Shown here: piece by piece, positions 19,226 through 28,435 of the stretch
How positions within the stretch are numbered: position 1 is the stretch's first letter
Layout: every line of letters begins with the position of its first letter
Assembly (NCBI GenBank): GCA_944358125.1
Contig: CALVQM010000003.1
Span: 1 to 37,671, forward strand
Direction of reading: 5' to 3'
From: an uncultured Bacilli bacterium
Lineage (GTDB): Bacteria > Bacillota_I > Bacilli_A > RF39 > UBA660
DNA length: 37,671 bases
Made by a program: the position numbers and the translations under genes
Notes under the pieces: model-generated
Told to the model about the DNA's origin: nothing
Seen by the model: the letters and a program-made list of their open reading frames with translations, nothing else
The model's database searches: none

Positions 19226-20599
19226 TTAGTTATTAAATTTTTGCCATGGGTCTTTTCTTTTTAATCTTTTGATTGCTTCTTCCATCGTTATTTCATCTGG
19301 CTTAATTTTATCAAGTTCATTCCATGATATGGGCATAGAGACCGTTAACTTTTTTCTAATTCTTAAAGAGTATGGGGCAACACTTGTCGCTCCTTTTGTA
19401 TTTCTCACCCAATCAATAAATATTTTACCTTTTCTTTTCGATTTTTTCATATTGCTGGTATATTTATCAGGCCATCTTGCTTCCATTAATTCTGCTATGT
19501 TTTTGGCTATAAGTCTAGCATTTTTCCAGGTTACTTTGGCATTTAGAGGAACAACCACATGATAGCCTTTACCACCACTCGTTTTTAGGAAAGATGATAG
19601 TTCATATTCATCTAAAATACTTTTTAAATCTTTTACCCCTTCTCTTAACCTTTTTAGACTTAATAATTCGTCAGGATCTAGATCAAAGACTAACATATCA
19701 GCATGAGATAAATCACTTGCTAGACAACCCCATACATGAAATTCATAACTATTCATTTGTACTTCACTAATGAGACCATTAATGTCTTTAATATAATAGT
19801 AATCATTTTGATGTTCTTTCTTACTTTTAATTCTTTTTAAACCTAAAAATTTATGTAAGTTTTCAAAATGCTTTTTAAAAAAACTAGAACCTTTTGAACC
19901 ACTTGGATAACGAATGGTACTTATAAGCCTATTTTCAATTAAAGGTAACATGCGTTTTGATACAGCTTTATAATAGTTTACAATGTCCATTTTGGTTACT
20001 TTTGGTTTTTTATAAATTATTTTATCAGGATTTGTTATTTCTATATGTTTTATATTATCTTTAATTTCATCCATGGTTCTATTTGTTTTAATACTAGTAT
20101 TAAATTCATTTATATTATCATATAAATGATATTCATCTTTATCCTTTATCAGTAACCAACTTGTATCATTATTTTTTAACTTAACTAAAGTCCATATTCC
20201 TTTTAGTCTTGAACCTTTTAAAATAAATTTTATAGGGCCTTCTTTAAAATTTGGCTTATATCCTTTTATTGGTTCCCAATAACCTTTATCCCATAGCATG
20301 ACTGTTCCACCACCATATTCACCCTTAGGAATTGTTCCTTCAAAATTACGATAATCTATGGGGTGATCCTCTACTTTAATAGCTAATCTTTTATCTTTAG
20401 GATTATAGGAAGGGCCTTTTGGTACTGCCCAACTAATTAATACTCCATTCCATTCTAAACGTAAATCATAGTGATCTTTTCTGGCAATATGATGTTGAAT
20501 ACAAAATCTTAATTTTTTTGTTTTTTTGCTTCTTTTACCCATTGGTTCTTTTGTTTTATTAAAATTTCTTTTTGCATTATATTTACTTAAACTTGACAT
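19226..20599 (-). CDS. LigD-like 3'-phosphoesterase plus primase-polymerase fusion without a ligase domain
   Basis: PE: IQHH.AR..HYDLRLE, SWAVPKGPS, RLAIKVEDHP; Pol: ITNPDK, FDLDP, KTSGGKGYHV, IFIDW.RN..GAT.VAPYSLR; no KxDG ligase motif; start ATG 20599. Confidence 0.88.
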   Translation of the reverse strand: MSSLSKYNAKRNFNKTKEPMGKRSKKTKKLRFCIQHHIARKDHYDLRLEWNGVLISWAVPKGPSYNPKDKRLAIKVEDHPIDYRNFEGTIPKGEYGGGTVMLWDKGYWEPIKGYKPNFKEGPIKFILKGSRLKGIWTLVKLKNNDTSWLLIKDKDEYHLYDNINEFNTSIKTNRTMDEIKDNIKHIEITNPDKIIYKKPKVTKMDIVNYYKAVSKRMLPLIENRLISTIRYPSGSKGSSFFKKHFENLHKFLGLKRIKSKKEHQNDYYYIKDINGLISEVQMNSYEFHVWGCLASDLSHADMLVFDLDPDELLSLKRLREGVKDLKSILDEYELSSFLKTSGGKGYHVVVPLNAKVTWKNARLIAKNIAELMEARWPDKYTSNMKKSKRKGKIFIDWVRNTKGATSVAPYSLRIRKKLTVSMPISWNELDKIKPDEITMEEAIKRLKRKDPWQKFNN

Positions 20600-20601
20600 A
20601 A

Positions 20602-20638
20602 TAAAAACCTCTAATATTAGTTTGGTGATATTAGAGGT
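20602..20638 (-). terminator. Hairpin/terminator between mcrC and the ligD-like gene, containing the ligD RBS
   Basis: ACCTCTAATAT (20607-20617) / ATATTAGAGGT (20628-20638) perfect 11-bp IR, then a T-run on the minus strand. Confidence 0.6.
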
Positions 20639-20648
20639 GATTATGTAT

Positions 20649-21713
20649 TTAACTATTTTCATCAGACATAAAATCATCCGCAATTGAGTTTAATTCTTTT
20701 TTAATATTTTCAAAACTTTGTTTTAAGTCGAGTATCTTTATAGACATTATATGATTCATTATTGATGTGGTGTAATTTTTCGCAAGTTCTTCATCTGTTT
20801 GGGCATATAATAGCATTCCTCTCACATCGTTATCTTTTTTCCAGGATTCATTCGCTACATACACATATAATTGATTCCAATTATCTCTATTAATTGTCTT
20901 CTTATCAAATCTACCTTTTTTTAAAATGCTTGCGTAAAATTTTGTATCTATTATTAAAATTCTTTTCTTATAGTATAAATTAATGTCAGTAATCATTTTA
21001 GGTAAAAACTCTATTAACGGATAATTTGAATCAATATTCCAATTAATTATTTTTATACTTGGATTTAATTGTGGATAATGTTTTTTATAATATTCTCTTA
21101 CGAATCTTTCATATATAGTTGATATTTTTTCTTCATCTATAAATTCTCTATACTTGATGCTTCCATCTTTCTGCGTAATTATTAAGGATTCCAAAATTAA
21201 ATAGCATATATTTATTATAACTCTGTAATCTTTATTTGTCTTATTTAAATATATATTATTCCAATATATTTTATTTATTTCCAATATGTCTATATTGTTT
21301 AAGTGAAGATATATTTTTTTTATTTCTTTTTTGTTTTTATTCTTCATTTTCTCAGATTTAATTAAATAAAATAATGTTGTTTTAATGATTTTATTTAAAA
21401 TAACATTTTCGCTATATTCATCATACTCACATACTATTTTCTTATTAATAAAGGTTCGTTTTTTAATTGATTCTGTGATTTTTATTTTACCACGCGTTAT
21501 GGCAGTTAATTCATCTGTTAATTTATAATCTTTATAGAATCCCTTTTTTATTAATCTATTAATTAAAAAGATTAACATACTTGAAAGCAAATCATATATA
21601 TTTGAGAAATCTTCTATATTTCCAAAAAAATCTTTTTTTTCGATTAATTTATCAAGTTTAAATGCGTATGCCAACATATAATATATGTTACTAATTCTAT
21701 AGTCTTTATTCAT
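20649..21713 (-). CDS. mcrC: McrC-like PD-(D/E)xK endonuclease subunit
   Basis: NIYYMLAYAF, RGKI, C.YDEYS.N..LNKIIK, YERFVREYY, TDI....IIDTKFY, QLYVY, GMLLYA. Confidence 0.88.
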   Translation of the reverse strand: MNKDYRISNIYYMLAYAFKLDKLIEKKDFFGNIEDFSNIYDLLSSMLIFLINRLIKKGFYKDYKLTDELTAITRGKIKITESIKKRTFINKKIVCEYDEYSENVILNKIIKTTLFYLIKSEKMKNKNKKEIKKIYLHLNNIDILEINKIYWNNIYLNKTNKDYRVIINICYLILESLIITQKDGSIKYREFIDEEKISTIYERFVREYYKKHYPQLNPSIKIINWNIDSNYPLIEFLPKMITDINLYYKKRILIIDTKFYASILKKGRFDKKTINRDNWNQLYVYVANESWKKDNDVRGMLLYAQTDEELAKNYTTSIMNHIMSIKILDLKQSFENIKKELNSIADDFMSDENS

Positions 21714-23385
21714 CTTTTAATGAATTAATAAGTTTCTCTTTCCAATCATTATATTTGCTTTCATCATCAAACCAATACTCTTTTAGCAATGGCAATATAT
21801 CAAATTCAACTATATCTTCTAATTCTTTTTTATATTCAAAATTTAAATTACAAAAATAACTGTGTCCAATTTCAAATCCACTACCTAATGACTCATCTTC
21901 ACATATAAATTCATTTAATTTTTTTATTACTTCTAATAATTTTTCAAGATTTTTGTTATCGAATTGTGTTATATAATTTTTAAATTTTTCATTATTAAAA
22001 GCTGGTTTGACTTTAAAGAAAGAGAATCTTCTTCTTAAAGCATAGTCTATTAATGTCAAGCTTCTATCGGCAGTATTTAACATTCCGATGATGTACAGAT
22101 TATTTGGAACAAAAAATTCTTCTCTAGAATAGGGCAATATAACTTTTTCCACCTCACGTTTATCAACTTCAATTAGCATCATCAATTCTCCCAATATTTT
22201 GCTTATATTCCCACGATTAATTTCGTCAATAATAACGTAATAACTATTTTCTTTATCATTTTGAGCTTTTAAGCAAAAATCTTTGAATATTCCATTTACT
22301 AATTCAAATTCATTATTTACCGGTCGAATTCCCTCAATAAAATCTTCATAAGAATAACTTTGATGAAATTGTATCGTTATCATTTTTTGATTATCCATAG
22401 ATCCAATCCTTGAATATGCTAATCTTTTTGCCATAAAAGTTTTGCCAACACCTGGAGATCCTTCTAAAATAATATTTTTCTTCTTATTTAAAAGATTGTT
22501 TAATCTTTCATAGTCTTCTTCATTAATGAAAATGTCATTTAAAAAATCCTCTCTTTTATAATCTTCTACATTTTTATTTAAGTTATCTTCAATAGGATTT
22601 TCATAAAAATTATTTTCGTCTAATAAATTTATATATCGATACAACATTTCTCCTAAAAAATATGGATGTTCTTTAGTAACTTCTGGTATCATTTCTCTTA
22701 TATATTTATTTATATCATAGGAAATTTTTTCTGGTGAATCACTATTTTTTATAGGGATTTTAAAATAGCTTGATATAATTATAAGTTTTTCTTTGGAACA
22801 AATATTTAAAAATTTTTCCGGATAATAAATTGAGGCTAGCTTGGTTAATACCATTGACATTCCTTTTAGTTTTGGATATTTGTCTTTAGCATTTTCCATT
22901 TTCTCTACATTTTGCAATGAACTCAGAAATGCAAATAATTCATTTCTAAAATCTGTCCAATAAATCTCGGGGTTATCTATTTCTTGATTATTTACTCCAT
23001 AGTATTTTTTTGTTTCTCTTTTTTTATATATTCCAAATTTAGCGGCTGATCCACCTCCAATTGTAATTCCAAGATTTTTATATTTACCATATTCTAATTT
23101 ATAGCTTAAGGACTCTTTATATCTATCTGTTCCTAAGGCATAATCGCCTAATTTGAGCTCATTTAATTTGCTAAGAGGATATTCATCCAAATATTCCTCC
23201 CTTCTTATGGCCCAATCATATTTATTTTTTATTTTTTCAATATTTTCTAAATAAAATTTTTTAAAATCATTAATATAATGGGTTCTATTTTCATCAAAAA
23301 TCGTTTCCTCAGTAATGTCTAATTTCGTTTTTATTTTATTTATGCTTTCTTTAATATTGTTTTTTAATATTTCTTCGCTATTCAT
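21706..23385 (-). CDS. mcrB: McrB-like AAA+ GTPase with an unrecognised N-terminal domain
   Basis: Walker A GSPGVGKT, QFHQSYSYEDF, IIDEINRG, NTADRS (NxxD), DYALRRRF, IGHSYF. Confidence 0.92.
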   Translation of the reverse strand: MNSEEILKNNIKESINKIKTKLDITEETIFDENRTHYINDFKKFYLENIEKIKNKYDWAIRREEYLDEYPLSKLNELKLGDYALGTDRYKESLSYKLEYGKYKNLGITIGGGSAAKFGIYKKRETKKYYGVNNQEIDNPEIYWTDFRNELFAFLSSLQNVEKMENAKDKYPKLKGMSMVLTKLASIYYPEKFLNICSKEKLIIISSYFKIPIKNSDSPEKISYDINKYIREMIPEVTKEHPYFLGEMLYRYINLLDENNFYENPIEDNLNKNVEDYKREDFLNDIFINEEDYERLNNLLNKKKNIILEGSPGVGKTFMAKRLAYSRIGSMDNQKMITIQFHQSYSYEDFIEGIRPVNNEFELVNGIFKDFCLKAQNDKENSYYVIIDEINRGNISKILGELMMLIEVDKREVEKVILPYSREEFFVPNNLYIIGMLNTADRSLTLIDYALRRRFSFFKVKPAFNNEKFKNYITQFDNKNLEKLLEVIKKLNEFICEDESLGSGFEIGHSYFCNLNFEYKKELEDIVEFDILPLLKEYWFDDESKYNDWKEKLINSLKDE

Positions 23386-24136
23386 TTTTTGTATCCTCCA
23401 TATTTTCTTTCAAAAGTTCATTGATTATTTCTATTTTATCATTATTTAGTTTAAAATTATTTTGATCAATTTTTTTTACTAAATTACCTTGCTCTTCTGA
23501 TAATAAAGCTATAAAATAGTTAAAAGAATTATTAGATTTATAGCTAACTTTCTCGTTATTGACGTTTATTATTTTTATAATAAATGAGTTTGGATTTTTT
23601 TTATATTTTTGAATATAATCTATTTCATCTAATTTATTTTGTTCACAATATTTTAAAATAAAAAACTGTTCTCTATTAATACTATTATATTTTTTTAAAA
23701 ATTTCAATATTTGACAATAGGAACAATAAAAATTATAGGCTTTTTTTTCCATGTCATTTAATCCCATTAAAATTATATCACTTTTAATTTCCTTCATATT
23801 AAAAACAATTTCATTTGATTTTTCCGATATTTTTTTTAAGGCTTTTATACACTCTATATATGCTTCCCCCAAAGACGTAAAAAATTGAGAAAAATCTACT
23901 CCTTCTTTGTAGTCATTAATAAATCCTAAATTATATAAAAATGGCATCAAAGATCTTATATAACTTCCTGTAAATATTTTATTATTAATCAAATATTCTT
24001 GAAATTTTTTATAAGGTAACTGTTTATTATTGTTTTCTAATATAATTTTTTCTATAAGCAATATTTTTTTATTTGTTTCTTCTGTTAAGCTTATTCCCGG
24101 ATTTGATATCTGATTTATAGTAATACATTTTTTCAT
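23378..24136 (-). CDS. Hypothetical protein between the MTases and McrB; candidate specificity subunit
   Basis: 252-aa ORF starting 4 bp after the MTase stop and overlapping the mcrB start; no motif recognised. Confidence 0.65.
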   Translation of the reverse strand: MKKCITINQISNPGISLTEETNKKILLIEKIILENNNKQLPYKKFQEYLINNKIFTGSYIRSLMPFLYNLGFINDYKEGVDFSQFFTSLGEAYIECIKALKKISEKSNEIVFNMKEIKSDIILMGLNDMEKKAYNFYCSYCQILKFLKKYNSINREQFFILKYCEQNKLDEIDYIQKYKKNPNSFIIKIINVNNEKVSYKSNNSFNYFIALLSEEQGNLVKKIDQNNFKLNNDKIEIINELLKENMEDTKNE

Positions 24137-24140
24137 TTTA

Positions 24141-25160
24141 TCATCCTATCTGTCGCTTTATTTCCTTAGCAATTTCATACGCTAATAGTGGTGGGACTGC
24201 ATTTCCAACTTGTTTATATTGACTAGTTTTAGATCCTAAAAATATAAAATCATCTGTAAAAGATTGTATTCTTGCCGATTCCCTAACTGTTGGAATTCTA
24301 TTTTCTCTATAGTGAAAGTAGTTTCTATGGCCAGTATCAATTGTATTTGATGGCTCATTTGAATTCATTCTTTGAAATGCTTTATTATATTTTCTTATTT
24401 TCCAATATTTTGCCGGAAGATTTGAAATTTTACCACCATCCGGAATCATATTAATTATTTTTATAGTTTGTTCTGTGTGTTTAGTAAATTCATTATTGTA
24501 TAATTTTATGTTATTTTCGCGCATTTTTTTTTGATATTCAGTATTTGCATCATGGGTGTATTCATTTTCTTTATCAGATAGGTCTGATATGGCTTCGTAT
24601 ACCCTTATTTTTTTTTCTTCTGTTTTTTTTGGAAAGCAAAATTTTTTCCCTTTTATTCCTACAAAAAAAACTCTATATCTGTTTTGTGGAACGCCAAAAT
24701 CAGCTGCGTTTAATAATTTATATTGTACATTATATCCTAATTTCGAAAATTTAGCAATAATGTCTTCTTTAAATTTTCCGTTATTTAATGTTAATAACCC
24801 TTTTACATTTTCTAAAACGAAAAACTCAGGGTTTAACATTTCTACGATTCTATAATATTGCAAATATAAATAATTTCTTTCGTCCCCTATGATACGTTTC
24901 CCAACGCTACTATAGCCTTGACATGGTGGACCCCCAATTATTCCTGCTATTTTTGTGTTTTTTAATTTAGAATTAATTAAATTAGAATCTAGATTTAAAA
25001 TATTGTCACAAATGGCAATAGCTTTTTTATGATTATAATTATAGGTTTTTATAGCATCCTCCCAGAAATCAATTGCCAATACCGGCTCAAACCCTGCCAT
25101 TTCAAATCCTTTACTTAATCCACCACATCCACAAAATAAGTCAATTATTTTATTATTCAT
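24141..25160 (-). CDS. DNA (cytosine-5)-methyltransferase (M2)
   Basis: DLFCGCGG, GGPPCQ, ENV, QNRYR, TVRESARIQSF, QVGNAVPP. Confidence 0.95.
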   Translation of the reverse strand: MNNKIIDLFCGCGGLSKGFEMAGFEPVLAIDFWEDAIKTYNYNHKKAIAICDNILNLDSNLINSKLKNTKIAGIIGGPPCQGYSSVGKRIIGDERNYLYLQYYRIVEMLNPEFFVLENVKGLLTLNNGKFKEDIIAKFSKLGYNVQYKLLNAADFGVPQNRYRVFFVGIKGKKFCFPKKTEEKKIRVYEAISDLSDKENEYTHDANTEYQKKMRENNIKLYNNEFTKHTEQTIKIINMIPDGGKISNLPAKYWKIRKYNKAFQRMNSNEPSNTIDTGHRNYFHYRENRIPTVRESARIQSFTDDFIFLGSKTSQYKQVGNAVPPLLAYEIAKEIKRQIG

Positions 25161-26193
25161 GTTTTAATACCTCCTTTAGTTCTTCAGCAATTGCTTTTGC
25201 TAATAACGGAGGAACCGCATTGCCAACTTGTCTATATTGAGCAGTTCTGGAACCAAAAAAAACAAAATCATCTGGAAAAGATTGAATGCGAGCCGCTTCT
25301 CTAACTGTTGGAATTCTATTAAATATCGGATGAAAATAATTACTATGTGAATTACCCGTATCTATGGTTACCGAGATATCATCCTCATTTAGCCTTTTAT
25401 ATGCTGATGAATGTCTATTATTTCTTTGATTTTCAAATAATTTTTTAGGTATAGCGCTCCAATTTTCACCTTGCTTCACATACGATATTCTTTCCTGAAC
25501 TATAGATGATGGATATTTTACCAAATGATTATAAATTTCTCGATTATTTATCTTAGGGATAAATTTTAAATCATTTTTTGCTCTTTGTTCAAATTGATAT
25601 AAATCTCCAATCGCATCTTTTACAGTTACTTTTTTCTTTACTTTCTTTAATTTTTCGAAATCAAAGGTTGTCTCTTTTGTTATAACAAAAAAATTTCTTA
25701 AGCGTTTTTGTGGAACTCCAAAATCGGCTGCATTTAAAACTTTAAACGTCACATTATATCCTCTATCAGAAAAAATTTCTTGAATATTTTTCTTAGCATA
25801 GCCCTTATTTTCTGTAACAATTTCTTTTACATTTTCTATTACAATAGCTTTAGGATGTATTAAATCAACAAATTTTACAAATTCAAAGAATAATTTATTT
25901 CTAGGATCATCAGCTATTTTATTCCTGTTTGCCGAAGAAAAACCTTGGCAAGGTGGTCCACCGATGATTACGTCTATCTTCTCTACATTTTTAAGCTTTT
26001 TTTTGATTTCTTCTTTACTTATATTTAAGATGTCATAGCAACTTGCTTTCGCATTTTTAAAATTATTTTCGTATGTTTTTATAGCATCTATATTATTATC
26101 AATACCATAAACAATATTATATCCTGCCATTTCAAATCCTTTGCTTAAACCTCCACATCCACAGAATAAATCTAAAACATTATATTTTTTCAT
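25153..26193 (-). CDS. DNA (cytosine-5)-methyltransferase (M1)
   Basis: DLFCGCGG, GGPPCQ, ENV, QKRLR, TVREAARIQSFPDDF, QVGNAVPP. Confidence 0.95.
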   Translation of the reverse strand: MKKYNVLDLFCGCGGLSKGFEMAGYNIVYGIDNNIDAIKTYENNFKNAKASCYDILNISKEEIKKKLKNVEKIDVIIGGPPCQGFSSANRNKIADDPRNKLFFEFVKFVDLIHPKAIVIENVKEIVTENKGYAKKNIQEIFSDRGYNVTFKVLNAADFGVPQKRLRNFFVITKETTFDFEKLKKVKKKVTVKDAIGDLYQFEQRAKNDLKFIPKINNREIYNHLVKYPSSIVQERISYVKQGENWSAIPKKLFENQRNNRHSSAYKRLNEDDISVTIDTGNSHSNYFHPIFNRIPTVREAARIQSFPDDFVFFGSRTAQYRQVGNAVPPLLAKAIAEELKEVLKHE

Positions 26194-26561
26194 TTTACAT
26201 CCTCCTTGTTTTCTTTACTATCTAAAGCTTTCTCCCACCCTGTTAATTCATTTCTTTTTATTTTTTCTCTAATGCATCTTTTTAAATTTTCGTTTGTTTT
26301 TATATATTCAACCATATCGTAAGGGACAAGGTTAACTCTGTTTTCTACGGCCAAGTCCATTAATTTATATACTTCACTTTCATTTAATTTAAGATTCTTT
26401 CCTATGCTTTTTAATATTTTAAAAGTCGGTACTCTTTTGTTTTTTTCTATATCATTCATATAGGCTGGCGATATATTGCAACTTATTGCTAGACTTCTTG
26501 ATGACATGTTTTTTTCTATTCTTTTATTTGTTATAAAATCACCTAAATTTAATTTTTTCAT
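26190..26561 (-). CDS. XRE-family HTH regulator (controller-like) heading the R-M operon
   Basis: GDFITNKRIEK.MS.RSLA....ISPAYMNDIEKNKRVP; 4-bp ATGA overlap with M1. Confidence 0.85.
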   Translation of the reverse strand: MKKLNLGDFITNKRIEKNMSSRSLAISCNISPAYMNDIEKNKRVPTFKILKSIGKNLKLNESEVYKLMDLAVENRVNLVPYDMVEYIKTNENLKRCIREKIKRNELTGWEKALDSKENKEDVK

Positions 26562-26685
26562 ATTTTCACCTTTGTTTACTATTAAGCTTATATGTTAATA
26601 TAATACACTATAACTTTAATTTTTTCAACTATTTTTTAACATTTATTACTCAGTTTTTAATAATAATTTCATAATTTTTGGGATA

Positions 26686-26722
26686 TAAAAAACCAGGATT
26701 TTTTGTTAAAATCCTAGTTTTT
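26686..26722 (-). terminator. Intrinsic terminator downstream of tRNA-His
   Basis: Minus strand AAAAACTAGGATTTT-loop-AAAATCCTGGTTTTTT. Confidence 0.7.
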
Positions 26723-26757
26723 ATAAAATAAAACCATAAGGTTTATATCCTAAAATA

Positions 26758-26834
26758 TGGGGCGAGATAAGGGAGTCGAACCCTTGCATAACAGAGCCAC
26801 AATCTGCCGTGTTAACCACTTCACCAATCCCGCC
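26758..26834 (-). tRNA. tRNA-His (GTG)
   Basis: G-1 plus GCGGGAT/ATCTCGC acceptor stem, anticodon arm GCAGA-TTGTGGC-TCTGT, T-loop TTCGACT, discriminator C and encoded CCA. Confidence 0.96.
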
Positions 26835-26928
26835 ATTTGAACATTATTAGAATATCAAACTTTTATAAAAAAATCAACTATTTTATGTATTTATTCCAAT
26901 ATTTTACTCATAATATTACAGATGTAAT

Positions 26929-28359
26929 ATGAAAAACACTAGTATTTGGATAAATAATCGAGAAAAAAGTAGTCAAACAATAAAACAAGATATGGAAGTA
27001 GATGTTTTAATTATTGGGGGAGGTATAACAGGATTATCTACTTTACTTGAACTTCAAAATAGTAATTTGAAGACTATTTTGGTTGAGAGAAATACGTGTG
27101 GTTATGGTGTAACTTTTAGAAGTACGGCTAAAATTACTTACTTGCAAGAACAAATATTCATGAATATTCGAAAAACTAGTTATGAGAATGCATTGTTATA
27201 TCTAGCTAGTCAAATTGATGCGGTAAATTGGCTTAAAAATATAGTTCATAGTTACCATATTGATTGCGATTTGAAAAAAGTATCTTCTTATCTATTTACT
27301 AATGAAGAAGAAAATGTAGCAAAATTAGAAGCTGAATATAATTTTTTATCCCAAAATCATGTAAAGGTCAAGAAAACTAAATTAGAGGGAATCAATAATA
27401 TTCTTGCTTTACAAGTTGATGATTCCTATACTTTTCATCCTTTAAAATATATTAATCATCTTAAAGCAATGTTTAGTGATTCTATTTATGAAAATTCTAA
27501 AGTTACTAAAATAGATAAAAAAGATGGCTATTATTATTCTTCTGTAAATAACTTGCAAATTAAAAGTAAATATGTAGTACTCGCTTCTCATTATCCTTAT
27601 TTTTTAATTCCCTTTTTAATGCCATTTAAAAGTCATGTTGAAACTTCTTATATTGGCGCTAAAAGGGTTAAACAATGTTTGGATATTAGTGCGATAAATA
27701 TTGATAAACCTTGTATATCGATGCGTTATTATGATGACGGTAACAATTGTTATTTAATTTATTTATATCAATCTTTTGCAACTTGCAATATTAAAAGTAT
27801 TAAAGATAATTTTGATGAGTTAAAGAAACTGCAAAAGTTTGACTATATGTGGAGTAATAAAGATATTATTACCAATGATTATATTCCCTATATAGGATGT
27901 ATTTATAAAAACGATGATACTTTTTTAATAGCTACTGGTTATAATACTTGGGGTATGACGAATGGGACTTTAGCTGGTAAAATACTAGCTGATATCATTC
28001 TAAAAAAAGACAATCTTTATATTTCTTTGTTTGATCCTCACCGTCACATTAATTTAAATAAAATTGTAAGATTGCCAATTGATCTTGGATGCAATCTAAA
28101 AGCTATAATTAAAAGTAGTAAAGGAAATGTTAATAACTCTAAAGTTATCTACACAAAAAAAGATGGAAGAAATGTTGCTATATATAAAGATGAAAAAGAA
28201 GTGGAACATATTGTTTTAAATAAATGCCCGCATATGAAGTGTGGATTAGTTTTTAACGAGGTTGAAAAGACTTGGGATTGCCTATGTCATGGTTCTCGTT
28301 TTACACTTGATGGTAAATGTATAGAGGGTCCTAGTTATTTTGATATTAGTTTTAAATAA
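26929..28359 (+). CDS. FAD-dependent oxidoreductase with C-terminal Rieske 2Fe-2S domain (YhfW-like)
   Basis: IIGGGITG, ATGYNTWGMTNG, CPHMKC...WDCLCHGSRF. Confidence 0.9.
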   Translation: MKNTSIWINNREKSSQTIKQDMEVDVLIIGGGITGLSTLLELQNSNLKTILVERNTCGYGVTFRSTAKITYLQEQIFMNIRKTSYENALLYLASQIDAVNWLKNIVHSYHIDCDLKKVSSYLFTNEEENVAKLEAEYNFLSQNHVKVKKTKLEGINNILALQVDDSYTFHPLKYINHLKAMFSDSIYENSKVTKIDKKDGYYYSSVNNLQIKSKYVVLASHYPYFLIPFLMPFKSHVETSYIGAKRVKQCLDISAINIDKPCISMRYYDDGNNCYLIYLYQSFATCNIKSIKDNFDELKKLQKFDYMWSNKDIITNDYIPYIGCIYKNDDTFLIATGYNTWGMTNGTLAGKILADIILKKDNLYISLFDPHRHINLNKIVRLPIDLGCNLKAIIKSSKGNVNNSKVIYTKKDGRNVAIYKDEKEVEHIVLNKCPHMKCGLVFNEVEKTWDCLCHGSRFTLDGKCIEGPSYFDISFK

Positions 28360-28383
28360 AATTGTGTTATAATTATTTTAAGT

Positions 28384-28418
28384 GCTAGTAAAGACTTGTG
28401 TTTTTGCTAGCTTTTTTT
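28384..28418 (+). terminator. Intrinsic terminator between the oxidoreductase and DUF2075 genes
   Basis: GCTAGTAAAGAC-ttgt-GTTTTTGCTAGC followed by T7. Confidence 0.75.
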
Positions 28419-28435
28419 ATAGGAAGTGAAGTTAA

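Noticed and set aside
19216-26834. Integrative element with att repeats at tRNA-His
   Set aside because: I found no duplicate of the tRNA 3' end at the far side and no integrase, so it is called a tRNA-adjacent island only
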